From a virus: 64,000 nt of DNA. Below the pieces are notes generated by a model. It did not search any database. It was not told the DNA's origin and was given only the letters and a program-made list of their open reading frames with translations. A program made the translations under genes and the position numbers. The stretch lies in IMG/VR virus record IMGVR_UViG_2630968645_000001; one strand, written 5' to 3'. Below are positions 22,093-31,842 of this stretch, one piece after another. How positions within the stretch are numbered: position 1 is the stretch's first letter; each line of letters starts with the position of its first letter.

Positions 22093-25000
22093 CCATTATG
22101 GGCAGTGTAGATATTTCTTTTACTAACTCAACTCAGATTGCAAAAGGAGCAGAGCAAACAGCTGGAAGCGCGCAACAAACAGCAAATACTGCCCAAGAAA
22201 CGGCAAATGGTGCAGCACAGACAGCTGGACAGGCTCAAGAAACTGCTGAAGCTGCGACACAAACAGCCACACAGGCAGCAGAAGCAGCTGCAGATGCAGC
22301 ACAAGCAGCACAGACAGCAATTACGACTGCCAATGGTAAAAACAAAGCATATTATGGCGCAACAACACCAACCAGTCCCAAATCCGGTGATATTTGGTTT
22401 GTGGAGGATAGTAGCGGCAATGTGACAGCAATTAAGCATTATGATGGCACACAGTGGGTAACGGACGTTGACAACACCGCACTTGCGCAACAGATTAGTG
22501 CCGCACAAGCAGCCGCAGATAATGCGGTCACAGTCGGACAAGCCGCCCAGCAAACAGCCGCAGATGCGGAAGCCAAAGGGGACGCGGCGGCGAAAACGGC
22601 AGAGGAAGCAAAGGATGCGGCAACAAAAGCCCAAGCAGATGCCGCCAGCGCAGTTACAAGCGCAAATAATGCGGTCGACACTGCTAACAAAGCAACACAA
22701 GACGCACAAGATGCCATCGACAAAGCGCAGGATGGATTTGATGCGGCGCAGGACGCCCTATCTAAAGCAGGCGCCGCAGTCGACACAGCAAACACAGCCA
22801 AACAGGTAGCGTCCGATGCAGCGACACAAGCAAACACAGCAAAAACAAACGCACAGACAGCGATGTCTAATGCTCAGGATGCTATAAGCCAGGCTAAAGC
22901 GGCAAATGACAACGCCAATACGCGTGAAAAGTCTATTATAAAATCCAACACGGCGCCATCCGATCCAGCAACAGATCAGTTGTGGATAGATACATCCAAA
23001 ACACCGCAAATTATGCGGAGATGGACTGGTAGCACATGGGTTGACTTGTCTCCAACACAAGCAAGCCAGATCGGCGCAGTAAGCACTACAACCTATACAA
23101 CCGACATTACAAATATTAATAATACATTGAGCCAAAAAGCGAGCGCTACGACCGTAAACACCCTAACAGGGCGCGTGGATAAAGCGGAAACCGCCATAAG
23201 CCAAAATGCCAGTGATATTGCTTTAAAGGCGGATAAATCCTATGTAGACACAATAAAAAATACCGTAGACAACCATAGCACATTGATCAGCCAAAACGCC
23301 GATGCGATTGCATTAAAAGCCAGCCAATCCACGGTTGACGCGCTTACGGGCCGGGTAAGTACGGCGGAAGCAACGCTAAAAACGCAGGCGGATCAAATCT
23401 CGGCGAGGATAACCAAAACAGACGCAGACGCAAAATACGCCACGCAGACAGCTTTAACGGCGACTGCGAACAGTTTGACGAGCAATATTACCGCAGTGCA
23501 AACAAACCTGGATAACTTGTCTGTTGGCGGACGAAACTACGTTTTAAATTCTACTTTAGATAATGTTAGTAACTGGTTTTTTAAAAATGGTGTTACAGTT
23601 GATTCAAGCATGCTGTATAACGGCCATAAAACATTAAAGTTTTCCGCTAGTGATCTTTCGAGTGATACATGGTTATTTGCAAAACCTCCTTTACGAAACG
23701 CTAAAGCAGGGGAAATTTATAGCGCAGGGGCATGGTTTAATCTTAAATCAAACACAATGGCAAGCGATGACGGTGCGTATTTAGTAATTGAATTTTATGA
23801 TTCATCAAAGACTCGAATTGCTTATTGGAATATTCGAGCCGATAATACAGTTTTAGATAAATGGCAATATGTTAAATCGGAGAATAGGACTGCGCCAACT
23901 AATACAGCATATGTAACAGTTACGTCATTTTCCAAAAGAAACGGTACATTTTGGGTAGCCGATATGACCTTAAATAAAGGTACGAAAGTTTCGGATTGGT
24001 CGCCAGCCCCGGAAGATATGGCAACGCAATCCCAAATCAGCCAATTATCCGATGATATTAATTTACGCGTACAAAAAAACGATGTGATCACCCAGATTAA
24101 TCTCAGCACCGAGAGCATCCTGATTGCTGGTAACAAAGTCCACATTACCGGGCAGACCACCATTGACAATGCCGTTATTAAAGATGCCATGATTGCCAGC
24201 ATGACTGCCAACAAACTTACAGCCGGCACGATAGACGCAAATGTGATTACGGTTAAAAATATAAACGCCTCTAACATCACGGCAGGGACGCTGTCAGCGG
24301 ATAGGATTGCCGCAAGGTCCATTGACGCAAGTAAGCTAGCAACTGGCACGATTACGGCAGCATCCGGGGTTATTGGAAGCCTTGATGCGTCCAAAATTAC
24401 GACCGGCACGCTGGACGCGGCAAAAATTAATGTTGTAAATCTCACCGCAGATAGCATCAAATCTGGAACGTTAACGTCAATTAATATTAACGGCGGCAAC
24501 ATTAATATTGGGGGCGGTAAATTTACCGTTGATTCTAACGGACTAATGTCTGCCACAAATGCAACGGTAACAGGTTCATTTTCATCAAGTGCCAAAGACG
24601 ATCAGGGCACCTGGGACGCATCACTGAGTTCCGGCAGGATAGCGATGTCTAAGATTGGGGATGCGTCGGAAACAGGCGGGCAATACGTGCCAATCTACGA
24701 AGCAAACATATCTGCGGGAGGAATTTACACAGTAATGAGAAGAAATAGCCGTCCCTGGAATTATGTACAGATGTCCGCAGGTGCCGTAGGTAGCAACGAT
24801 ACTTTTATATCAGTAACGGCCAATGAAGGCGACTCGTCAGCTTTATACCCGGAGAAACTGGTGGTTGGAAATCGTACTATAGTTGGTACAGACGGGTTAC
24901 ACCTTGATGATGATATCGTGATTGGATCAGGCGGTTGGAGGGCTCTTAAATTTCAGACCATAAGATATAATAGTACTGATTATCCGGCTATAACTCAAAA

Positions 25001-25145
25001 AGACGGTAAAGCAGGTATATTGTTTGGTTCCGGATATATGTATTTGTTGTGCAGTAATAAGGTGGTAAATCTAGCACAAGTATATTGGCCAACAAAAATT
25101 GATAGCTCCGGCAAAGTAGTAACTTGGGTCAATCCATTGAAATAA
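22089..25145 (+). CDS. Tail fibre/host-specificity protein with Ala/Gln/Thr coiled-coil repeats
   Basis: 1018 aa; GRNYVLNS carbohydrate-binding-type module; ITQINLSTESILIAGNKVHITG and beta-helical repeats. Confidence 0.8.
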   Translation: MTIMGSVDISFTNSTQIAKGAEQTAGSAQQTANTAQETANGAAQTAGQAQETAEAATQTATQAAEAAADAAQAAQTAITTANGKNKAYYGATTPTSPKSGDIWFVEDSSGNVTAIKHYDGTQWVTDVDNTALAQQISAAQAAADNAVTVGQAAQQTAADAEAKGDAAAKTAEEAKDAATKAQADAASAVTSANNAVDTANKATQDAQDAIDKAQDGFDAAQDALSKAGAAVDTANTAKQVASDAATQANTAKTNAQTAMSNAQDAISQAKAANDNANTREKSIIKSNTAPSDPATDQLWIDTSKTPQIMRRWTGSTWVDLSPTQASQIGAVSTTTYTTDITNINNTLSQKASATTVNTLTGRVDKAETAISQNASDIALKADKSYVDTIKNTVDNHSTLISQNADAIALKASQSTVDALTGRVSTAEATLKTQADQISARITKTDADAKYATQTALTATANSLTSNITAVQTNLDNLSVGGRNYVLNSTLDNVSNWFFKNGVTVDSSMLYNGHKTLKFSASDLSSDTWLFAKPPLRNAKAGEIYSAGAWFNLKSNTMASDDGAYLVIEFYDSSKTRIAYWNIRADNTVLDKWQYVKSENRTAPTNTAYVTVTSFSKRNGTFWVADMTLNKGTKVSDWSPAPEDMATQSQISQLSDDINLRVQKNDVITQINLSTESILIAGNKVHITGQTTIDNAVIKDAMIASMTANKLTAGTIDANVITVKNINASNITAGTLSADRIAARSIDASKLATGTITAASGVIGSLDASKITTGTLDAAKINVVNLTADSIKSGTLTSININGGNINIGGGKFTVDSNGLMSATNATVTGSFSSSAKDDQGTWDASLSSGRIAMSKIGDASETGGQYVPIYEANISAGGIYTVMRRNSRPWNYVQMSAGAVGSNDTFISVTANEGDSSALYPEKLVVGNRTIVGTDGLHLDDDIVIGSGGWRALKFQTIRYNSTDYPAITQKDGKAGILFGSGYMYLLCSNKVVNLAQVYWPTKIDSSGKVVTWVNPLK

Positions 25146-25162
25146 AAAAGGAGAATCTTAAA

Positions 25163-25600
25163 ATGGCAAAAACAATAGAATTCAAAAATGAAGAATTGGC
25201 GGCAATCGCAAACTTTTTGGGAGATTTAAAACTAAAAAACAAGCCTAGTCGTGGACGATCTAAGTTAATTAAATTGCTGGCATCTAAAAATCAGGAATAC
25301 CTGGATGAGAGAGACGAAGAGCGCATGCCGTATTTTAAAAAAGATGAAAACGGTAATCCAGTTGTTGAAGATAATAAATACGTTTTAGAGGATGAATCTA
25401 AGAAACAGGAGCTTGATAAAATTTTAGAAGATATTGCAACGGAAAAAGCCGTGATTGATCTAACCGAATATGCCGAAAAAGTTGAAGCCCTATACCGTGA
25501 ACTTGAAAACTATGAGGAGGTGATGACCGGAGAAGACGCATTGATTTATGATACCCTACTAGACCAATTGGAAAATATATTTGAAGGAGAGGATGAATAA
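25163..25600 (+). CDS. Hypothetical tail-region protein (DUF1617-like)
   Basis: RBS AAGGAG before ATG at 25163; KPSRGRSKLIKLL motif. Confidence 0.65.
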   Translation: MAKTIEFKNEELAAIANFLGDLKLKNKPSRGRSKLIKLLASKNQEYLDERDEERMPYFKKDENGNPVVEDNKYVLEDESKKQELDKILEDIATEKAVIDLTEYAEKVEALYRELENYEEVMTGEDALIYDTLLDQLENIFEGEDE

Positions 25601-25767
25601 TGAGTACATCGGTTAGTTTTTCGGAATTAAAGTTTTTGACAGACACAGAAGGAAAGATTGTGGGCGGTGTAGTACCAACAACCGCCACGTCTCAAGGCGA
25701 CTCTTATTATACGGCATCAGGATCGTTTTCCCTTACGCTCGAGGATTTTGCAACTATTGGAGGTAAT

Positions 25768-27516
25768 TGCGATGTTACAGACTCCTTGTAGCCCAAGGGT
25801 TTGAAAAAAGGATAAAAAAATTTTCCCCCTAAAAAGAGGGGGAAACAAGCAAAAATGATAAAAAAATAAGGAGTGGACAAAAATTCCACCCCACTGAAAC
25901 AAAAACAGGTGAACCCGTTTCCCCAGTAGGTTAAAATAGTTTTAGGACTAACATCTTAACACTGGGAGTTAACACTGGGAGGTTCACCTGTATGGCTATT
26001 ATACCACAAATGAGTCTGTTTACATGGAAAGAAATTGAGATTCTTGGAGATTTAGACCGTCTTCGCCTTGTACTGGACTACATGCCTGATGAAGCGTTCA
26101 TGCAAAGCCTTGAAAAGAAAAGGGGGAAGGGCCGTAATGACTACCCCGTTCGTGCCATGTGGAATTCTATCTTGGCAGGCATTGTATTTCAACATGAAAG
26201 CATTGAGAAATTACGCCGTGAACTCTCCCGTAATGGCCAATTAAGGGAGATGTGTGGCTTTGAAGGGCAGGTTCCAACTTCATATGCCTATACGCGCTTT
26301 CTAAAATCCCTAATCCGTGACGAAGAAATGATGGATAAAATGTTTGAGACTTTGGTAGAACAGCTCCTGGAACGGTTGCCGGATTTTGGTAAACGCTTGG
26401 CAATCGACAGCAAGGCGATCTCATCGTTTTCTAAACATCCGAACAAGCATGAAACCGAGGATGGCCGCCGGGATCTGGATGCAAATCATAGCCAGAAGGT
26501 TTACAGTGGTGTGACAAAAGAAGGCAACCCATGGCAAAAAGTTGTGAAATGGTTTGGCTACAAACTGCATCTGGTGGTGGATGCAACCTACGAGTTACCG
26601 GTAACATTCAAGGTTACAAAAGCGTCTGAGTCAGACATTACGGAAGGGCATAAACTCTTAGAGCAAATGGAAGAAAAGCAGCCAAAGCTTCTGAAAACAG
26701 CGGAAACGATGGCGGGAGACCGGGGTTATGATGACACGAAGCTGATTACGAAACTCTGGGATACGTATAAGATTAAGCCCATCATTGATATTCGCAATAT
26801 GTGGAAAGACCCCGACAAAACACGATTACTCCCGGGAAAGGAAAACGTCGTTTATAACTACAAAGGAACCGTATCCTGCGTATGCCCTGAAACAGGTAAA
26901 CAACGGGAAATGTGCAACGGGGGATTTGAGAAAGACCGCCAGAAACTAAAAAAACTTTGCCCGGCGAAACAAATGGGAGTGACATGTGAAGGCAAGGCTC
27001 AATGCCCCGTGGCACAAGGGCTCCGTATCTCATTATCTGAAGACAGGCGTATTTTTACACCCATTGATCGATCGAGCTATAAGTGGAAAAAAGAATACAA
27101 CAGACGTACAGCTGTAGAGCGCGTGAACAGCCGGCTTGATACTTCTTTCGGCTTTGAACTTCATACAATTCGGGGAATGGCTAAAATGAAGCTGCGTTGT
27201 GGACTGGCACTCTGTGTCATGTTAGCCATGGCCTTAGGCCGGATCAAAGAGAACCAGGCTGAAAAAATGAGAAGCCTCGTTTCTTAACTTATCCACATAA
27301 AGGAAATCAATTTCAAAAAAAGCGCTTGTGGATCATTGGATTCGTGCGCCTTTTTTTAGATACATTTCTATATTTTTTCAACAATTATCTGATAACAGTA
27401 CATTTTTTAAGCGTGCAAAATTGACTTTATAGTGAAAATGGGCATATATTTATCTGACAATATTATATTTCTGGTGGTGTTCTATTTGCATTGAAAGAAA
27501 AATTGTTAACATCGCA
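25768..27516 (+). mobile_element. IS (IS5/IS1182-like DDE transposase); exact ends uncertain by 1-3 nt
   Basis: Terminal IRs TGCGATGTTA / TAACATCGCA flank transposase 25992-27287. Confidence 0.85.
25992..27287 (+). CDS. DDE transposase
   Basis: GRNDYPVRAMW, AIDSK, WFGYKLHLVVD, GDRGYD, RTAVERVNSRL motifs. Confidence 0.93.
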   Translation: MAIIPQMSLFTWKEIEILGDLDRLRLVLDYMPDEAFMQSLEKKRGKGRNDYPVRAMWNSILAGIVFQHESIEKLRRELSRNGQLREMCGFEGQVPTSYAYTRFLKSLIRDEEMMDKMFETLVEQLLERLPDFGKRLAIDSKAISSFSKHPNKHETEDGRRDLDANHSQKVYSGVTKEGNPWQKVVKWFGYKLHLVVDATYELPVTFKVTKASESDITEGHKLLEQMEEKQPKLLKTAETMAGDRGYDDTKLITKLWDTYKIKPIIDIRNMWKDPDKTRLLPGKENVVYNYKGTVSCVCPETGKQREMCNGGFEKDRQKLKKLCPAKQMGVTCEGKAQCPVAQGLRISLSEDRRIFTPIDRSSYKWKKEYNRRTAVERVNSRLDTSFGFELHTIRGMAKMKLRCGLALCVMLAMALGRIKENQAEKMRSLVS

Positions 27517-27664
27517 AAAAGCTCTATTGGATTAGACCTTGACAAGCTTAAAAAAATGATGAGTAAAAAAGTCGCAGAAAATCTATCGGCAATGGCTACC
27601 GATCTTACCGCTACCGCAGACACAGAACAAACAGCATCGTAAGGAGTTAGGGGGTACGGATCCA

Positions 27665-27997
27665 TTGGAGGAGATGACTGTGGATCAAAGAATCGAGAAC
27701 CATGAAGAGCGGATCACAGCGTTAGAAAAAAACTATGCCGACCTGACCAACAAAATGCAGGCGGTCGAAACCGGCCAGTTACGAATAGAAAAAACGTTGC
27801 TCGTGGAAGGAAAAGAACAGAAAAAGCTGATCAACCAGCAGCGAGAAGAACAGCAGGAATTGCTAAACAGGTTACTCGAGCACACACTAAATATTCGGAA
27901 AAATAATGCGTATAAAAAATGGGATTTAGCCCTTGCCCTATTTGGCGGCGGGGGCTTAATTTATGGCCTGATTAGCCTGGCCGAAAAATTTTTATAA
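27665..27997 (+). CDS. Lysis-cassette protein, coiled-coil with C-terminal TM (XhlA-like)
   Basis: NHEERITALE start, hydrophobic C-terminus, upstream of the holin. Confidence 0.6.
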   Translation: MEEMTVDQRIENHEERITALEKNYADLTNKMQAVETGQLRIEKTLLVEGKEQKKLINQQREEQQELLNRLLEHTLNIRKNNAYKKWDLALALFGGGGLIYGLISLAEKFL

Positions 27998-28010
27998 GGG
28001 AGACTAAAAA

Positions 28011-28250
28011 ATGAAAATGGATAAAGGCACATTGATTCGGACCATTGTTTTATTTATCGCTTTGCTAAACCAAATCCTGGTTAGCTGCGGACTTTATAAA
28101 ATCCCAGGCACAGCAGAGCAGCAAACAGAAGTGTTATCTACGCTGTTTACACTCGTAACGTCCATAATCGCATGGTTTAAAAATAACTATGTAACCGCTA
28201 AGGGAAAAAGGCAAAAAGAAGTGTTAAAACAGCAAAATCTTACAAAATAA
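28011..28250 (+). CDS. Holin, SPP1 family
   Basis: MDKGTLIRTIVLFIALLNQIL...AWFKNNYVTAKGKRQKEVL. Confidence 0.92.
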   Translation: MKMDKGTLIRTIVLFIALLNQILVSCGLYKIPGTAEQQTEVLSTLFTLVTSIIAWFKNNYVTAKGKRQKEVLKQQNLTK

Positions 28251-28299
28251 GGGCAGCCATAGGGTTGCTCTTTTTATTTTTTGAAGGGAGACTTTTAAA

Positions 28300-29259
28300 A
28301 TGGGTCAAATTGTAGACTTATCGCATCACAAACCCGCGAATAAAATCAACTGGGAACGATTTGGCAAAGATGTTGATCTGGCCATTATCCGGGTGCAATA
28401 TGGGTCGCTCAAGGAGGACACGGAATATAAAAATCATGTGGCCAACTGCAAAAAGCAGGGCGTGCCCTTTGGCCATTATGCCTATGGGTGCTTTGTATCC
28501 GTAAATGATGCAAAAACCGAGGCAAGGGACTTTTTAAAAAGGGCGGATCCTGCCGCAAAGTTTTTGGTGCTGGACGTGGAAGGCGACACGGTAGAAGCAT
28601 GCGGCACTGAAAACCTCGCGAAAGCGTCCCAGGCATTTATTGACACTTGCAAAGCGGCTGGCCACAAGGTGGGCATTTACATTTCCCACGAGCTTTATAA
28701 AAAGTATGGGCTAAATAAAGTAAAGGCGGATTTTTTATGGCTGCCGCGATACGGTGCAGATAACGGCAAGCCGGACAAGAAGCCAGATTATCCATGCGAT
28801 TTGTGGCAGTACAGCCAAAATTGCAGGGTAGCATGGTACCCGGGCACCGTGGATCTTAATCTGTTAAACGGCAGCAAAAAACTATCCTACTTTACCGGAG
28901 GCGTTGAAAAGGCGGCCGTACAAGTGACGAAATCGGTTAAAAAAGTAGACAACAACAGGACTACCGTTTACACCGTTAAGCCCGGCGATACGCTGTCCGG
29001 TATCGCGCAAAAGTACGGCACCACAGTGGCCAAGCTGCAAAGTCTAAACAGCATCAGCGACCCCAACAAAATTTATGCGGGCCAAAAGCTGAAAATTGCC
29101 GGGAGTGCCTCCACAGCGCAATACTACACGGTTAAGGCTGGGGACAATCTATCCAAAATTGCAAAGCGGTTTGGCACGTCTGTCAGTCACCTGGTGGCGC
29201 TAAATAAGATTAAAAATCCTAACCTGATCCGTGTTGGCCAAAAGTTGCGGGTAAAATAA
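28300..29259 (+). CDS. Endolysin: GH25 lysozyme plus two LysM domains
   Basis: IVDLSHH, LVLDVE, DLWQYS, VDLN; two YTVKxGDxLSxIA LysM repeats. Confidence 0.95.
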   Translation: MGQIVDLSHHKPANKINWERFGKDVDLAIIRVQYGSLKEDTEYKNHVANCKKQGVPFGHYAYGCFVSVNDAKTEARDFLKRADPAAKFLVLDVEGDTVEACGTENLAKASQAFIDTCKAAGHKVGIYISHELYKKYGLNKVKADFLWLPRYGADNGKPDKKPDYPCDLWQYSQNCRVAWYPGTVDLNLLNGSKKLSYFTGGVEKAAVQVTKSVKKVDNNRTTVYTVKPGDTLSGIAQKYGTTVAKLQSLNSISDPNKIYAGQKLKIAGSASTAQYYTVKAGDNLSKIAKRFGTSVSHLVALNKIKNPNLIRVGQKLRVK

Positions 29260-29316
29260 GCCGGATCCAGCCATAATAATGATCCACCAGGATAAATCAA
29301 AAAAGCCCTCGCAAAT

Positions 29317-31024
29317 CAGCTCTGAGGAGTAAAAATTTTTCGTGATAATTTAACTATTCCCCCCCCAAAAATGCGGCTAAATATGTAATAATTTAAATAA
29401 TTAGAGCTTGCTGGACGAATATTTTGGCATGGCTTAGTGACAAGTCGAATACAAGCTAAAATTTGATTCGTTCAGCAAGCCCTAATTAAACTTGGCTGTT
29501 TTGAGGGGGTTTTTATTTTGGTTACTAGAAAAGAAAAAAGAAATCGTGAAAAAGAAGCAAATTATTTTTTCGAGTTCCTTAAAATTCAGAAGCATTTTTT
29601 CAAAGACCTGATGAATAACCTAAAAAAGGTAGCAGACCACCGACATCAAAGCTATATCACTTATGGTCCAGAGGTCCTTTTATTTACGATGATGTTGAAA
29701 AATATGACCGGCCTAAAATCCATGAGAAACATGAGTGAGAGTTTTAATAAAGAAGAATGTATTAAAAATGTAGGGAAGGTGTTAGGCTTAGATTCTCTTG
29801 AAGAACTTCCACATTATGATACAATTAACGACTTTTTATCTGGCTTAGATGTAAATGAATTAGAAAAAATTAGAACGTATATGATTAAAGAATTATTGAA
29901 AAAAAGGTCTCTCGAGTCTTATCGAATTGAAGGAAAGTACTGGGGTGTCATCATTGATGGAACTGGATTACACACCTTTCATGAGAAACATTGTAAACAC
30001 TGCCTGAGACGGGCATATACAAATAAAGAAACAGGAGAAACGAACGTACTTTATATGCACCATGTACTTGAAGCCAAGCTTGTCGTGGGGGATATGGTCT
30101 TCAGTATTGCCTCCGAATTTATCGAAAATGAATCAGAAAATGTTTCTAAGCAAGATTGTGAATTAAAAGCCTTCGACAGGCTGGCAAAGAAAATAAAAAA
30201 AATATTTAAAAGACTACCGATTTGTATCTTGGGAGATAGTCTCTATGCATGTGAAACGGTATTTAATCTGTGCAGGGCGCACAAATGGAAATATATATGC
30301 AGATTTAAGGAAGGGAGAATTAAAAGTATCTCGACGGAGTTTAAGGCAATAAAAGAGCTGGAACAAAGTAAGGATCAGAATTCATTAGTTTGGGTGAATG
30401 ATATTGCCTACAAAGACAGAACGGTCAATCTGATGGAGGCCACAATGAAAACAGAGGATGGGAAATCGAAAGAGTATGTATTTATAACGGATATTAAAAT
30501 CACGAAAAAGAACGTGGAACGACTCATCGCTGCAGGAAGAAGCCGCTGGAAGATTGAAAATCAAGGATTTAACGAACAAAAAAATAATCGTTACAATATA
30601 GAACATGCCAATAGCCAAAACTACACAGCCATGAAAAATCATTATTTATTAGTTCAAATAACAGATATTATTAGACAGCTGTTTGAAAAAGGTTCGTCAA
30701 TCTTAAAAGCACTCAAAAAAACGGCAAAAGAAAAATCCTCAAATCTGTTGGAATCGTTTCGGACACGCATTTTAACAGACGAGGATTTCACCCATTTAAG
30801 TAAGCCAATACAAGTAAGGTTTACTTAATGGTTATATTATAGCAAAGGATGTGATGTAAAAAAAGGTTTTTTTGAAGTTATCCACAATTTTAAAAAAGAA
30901 ATTTGCAAATTCGGCTCTTTTTGACTTTGAAAGCAGAAAAAATAGATGGAAAAATTTTCTAAATGTGGATAAGTCATTTTATCATAAAACATCTAAAAAT
31001 TGATGAATTTACTCTTCAGAACTG
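29317..31024 (+). mobile_element. IS copy 2 with intact transposase, inserted in the lysis-cassette terminator
   Basis: Same IRs as copy 1; 9-bp TSD CTCGCAAAT (29308-29316, 31025-31033). Confidence 0.95.
29518..30828 (+). CDS. DDE transposase (436 aa)
   Basis: IIDGTG, LGDSLYA, GRSRWKIENQGF motifs. Confidence 0.92.
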   Translation: MVTRKEKRNREKEANYFFEFLKIQKHFFKDLMNNLKKVADHRHQSYITYGPEVLLFTMMLKNMTGLKSMRNMSESFNKEECIKNVGKVLGLDSLEELPHYDTINDFLSGLDVNELEKIRTYMIKELLKKRSLESYRIEGKYWGVIIDGTGLHTFHEKHCKHCLRRAYTNKETGETNVLYMHHVLEAKLVVGDMVFSIASEFIENESENVSKQDCELKAFDRLAKKIKKIFKRLPICILGDSLYACETVFNLCRAHKWKYICRFKEGRIKSISTEFKAIKELEQSKDQNSLVWVNDIAYKDRTVNLMEATMKTEDGKSKEYVFITDIKITKKNVERLIAAGRSRWKIENQGFNEQKNNRYNIEHANSQNYTAMKNHYLLVQITDIIRQLFEKGSSILKALKKTAKEKSSNLLESFRTRILTDEDFTHLSKPIQVRFT

Positions 31025-31041
31025 CTCGCAAATGTGGGGGC

Positions 31042-31070
31042 TTGAAATTTAAAAAATAACGTGATAATAT
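31042..31070 (+). promoter_or_regulatory. SigA promoter with extended -10
   Basis: TTGAAA-17bp-TAATAT preceded by TGn. Confidence 0.65.
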
Positions 31071-31076
31071 CTTTTT

Positions 31077-31183
31077 AAAGGTATCGCGTCCTTTTAAAAA
31101 AAAATGCGTGGATTGAAACTGTGAATTGGATATTTGAGCTAAGCAAAAACTGCCGGGGCTTATTCCTCGGCAGTTTTGCTTTA
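31077..31183 (+). ncRNA. Solitary type I-C-like CRISPR repeat RNA (Racr candidate)
   Basis: ATCGCGTCC...TGCGTGGATTGAAAC resembles I-C repeats (GTCGC...GCGTGGATTGAAAY); bounded by a promoter and the terminator AAGCAAAAACTGCCGGGG-cttatt-CCTCGGCAGTTTTGCTTT. Confidence 0.65.
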
Positions 31184-31252
31184 TAAATAAGGTCGTAAAA
31201 CCCCTACGCCTTTAGGCTAGTGGTAGTTCAATTTTTAGCCAGAATTGCGTGG

Positions 31253-31645
31253 CTAAATATTTGTTTCCCAGGCATCCACAGTTGCTTTCATAGCTTCCAT
31301 GGCATGTTTTTTTGTGGGAAAATGTTCTATGCCGGATTCCCCGTCATCGACATTGTAAGACGGAACTTCATCCGCATACGGATATTCCGGTCCCCAAGCG
31401 AAGAAGTAATTTCCATTTTCGGCCTTCCCGACGGCGTAGGCCTCGCCGTTATTTGGGAAGTTGTCACGCAATTCAACGATTTCTAATACCTCCACTTTCA
31501 ACTCCTCCTCTTTTTCCTCTACATATTTCCTCATCAATTGTCGGATGACTTCACTCTTGTTTTGCATCAGTGCTTCATTTACGCGGTCGAACCGATCAAG
31601 AAGATCCTGATCAATCCTGTATTGCCTCGTACGTTTCACTTTCAT
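31253..31645 (-). CDS. RHH (CopG-like) domain fused to an acidic unknown domain
   Basis: RBS GGGAGGT before ATG at 31645; TRQYRIDQDLLDRFDRVNEALMQNKSEVIRQLMRKYVE. Confidence 0.7.
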   Translation of the reverse strand: MKVKRTRQYRIDQDLLDRFDRVNEALMQNKSEVIRQLMRKYVEEKEEELKVEVLEIVELRDNFPNNGEAYAVGKAENGNYFFAWGPEYPYADEVPSYNVDDGESGIEHFPTKKHAMEAMKATVDAWETNI

Positions 31646-31682
31646 ACCTCCCATAACCAAAAAGATGGACACAACATGCGCA

Positions 31683-31711
31683 TTGACATGATAAAAGTTT
31701 GTGATTATAAT
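31683..31711 (+). promoter_or_regulatory. Perfect consensus SigA promoter
   Basis: TTGACA-17bp-TATAAT. Confidence 0.85.
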
Positions 31712-31716
31712 TAGTC

Positions 31717-31812
31717 CATGAACCATAACACAGGGTGTATTTAAATAGCATCTTTTTAATTAATTAACCTGTGCTATTTTTTGTTGAACCGTAACATGAG
31801 ATGTAGGGGAAG
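31717..31812 (+). CRISPR. Single-spacer type I-B-like mini-array / CRISPR-like RNA
   Basis: CATGAACCATAACACAGGGTGTATTTAAAT + 36-nt spacer + GTTGAACCGTAACATGAGATGTA(ggggaag); matches the clostridial I-B repeat family GTTGAACC.TAACATGAGATGTATTTAAAT. Confidence 0.75.
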
Positions 31813-31842
31813 AGGGAGCGAATATAAATCCGCTCTCTTTTC
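31811..31842 (+). terminator. Intrinsic terminator, probably bidirectional
   Basis: AGAGGGAGCG-aatataaatc-CGCTCTCTTTT. Confidence 0.7.

Larger units (their letters stand above)
25600..27642 (+). pseudogene. Small tail-region ORF apparently split by an IS
   Basis: 5' half ends ...TIGGN at the IS left end; open frame KSSIGLDLDKLKKMMSKK...EQTAS* resumes after the right end. Confidence 0.55.

Noticed and set aside
22089-25145. Diversity-generating retroelement or invertible tail-fibre cassette
   Set aside because: No reverse transcriptase, template/variable repeat pair or invertase was seen; the repeats are ordinary coiled-coil coding repeats.
31655-31670. Mini-array spacer self-targeting the leader of the RHH gene (shared CATCTTTTT)
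   Set aside because: Only 9 contiguous nt match, spacer positions 1-2 mismatch and there is no convincing PAM; likely chance in AT-rich DNA.
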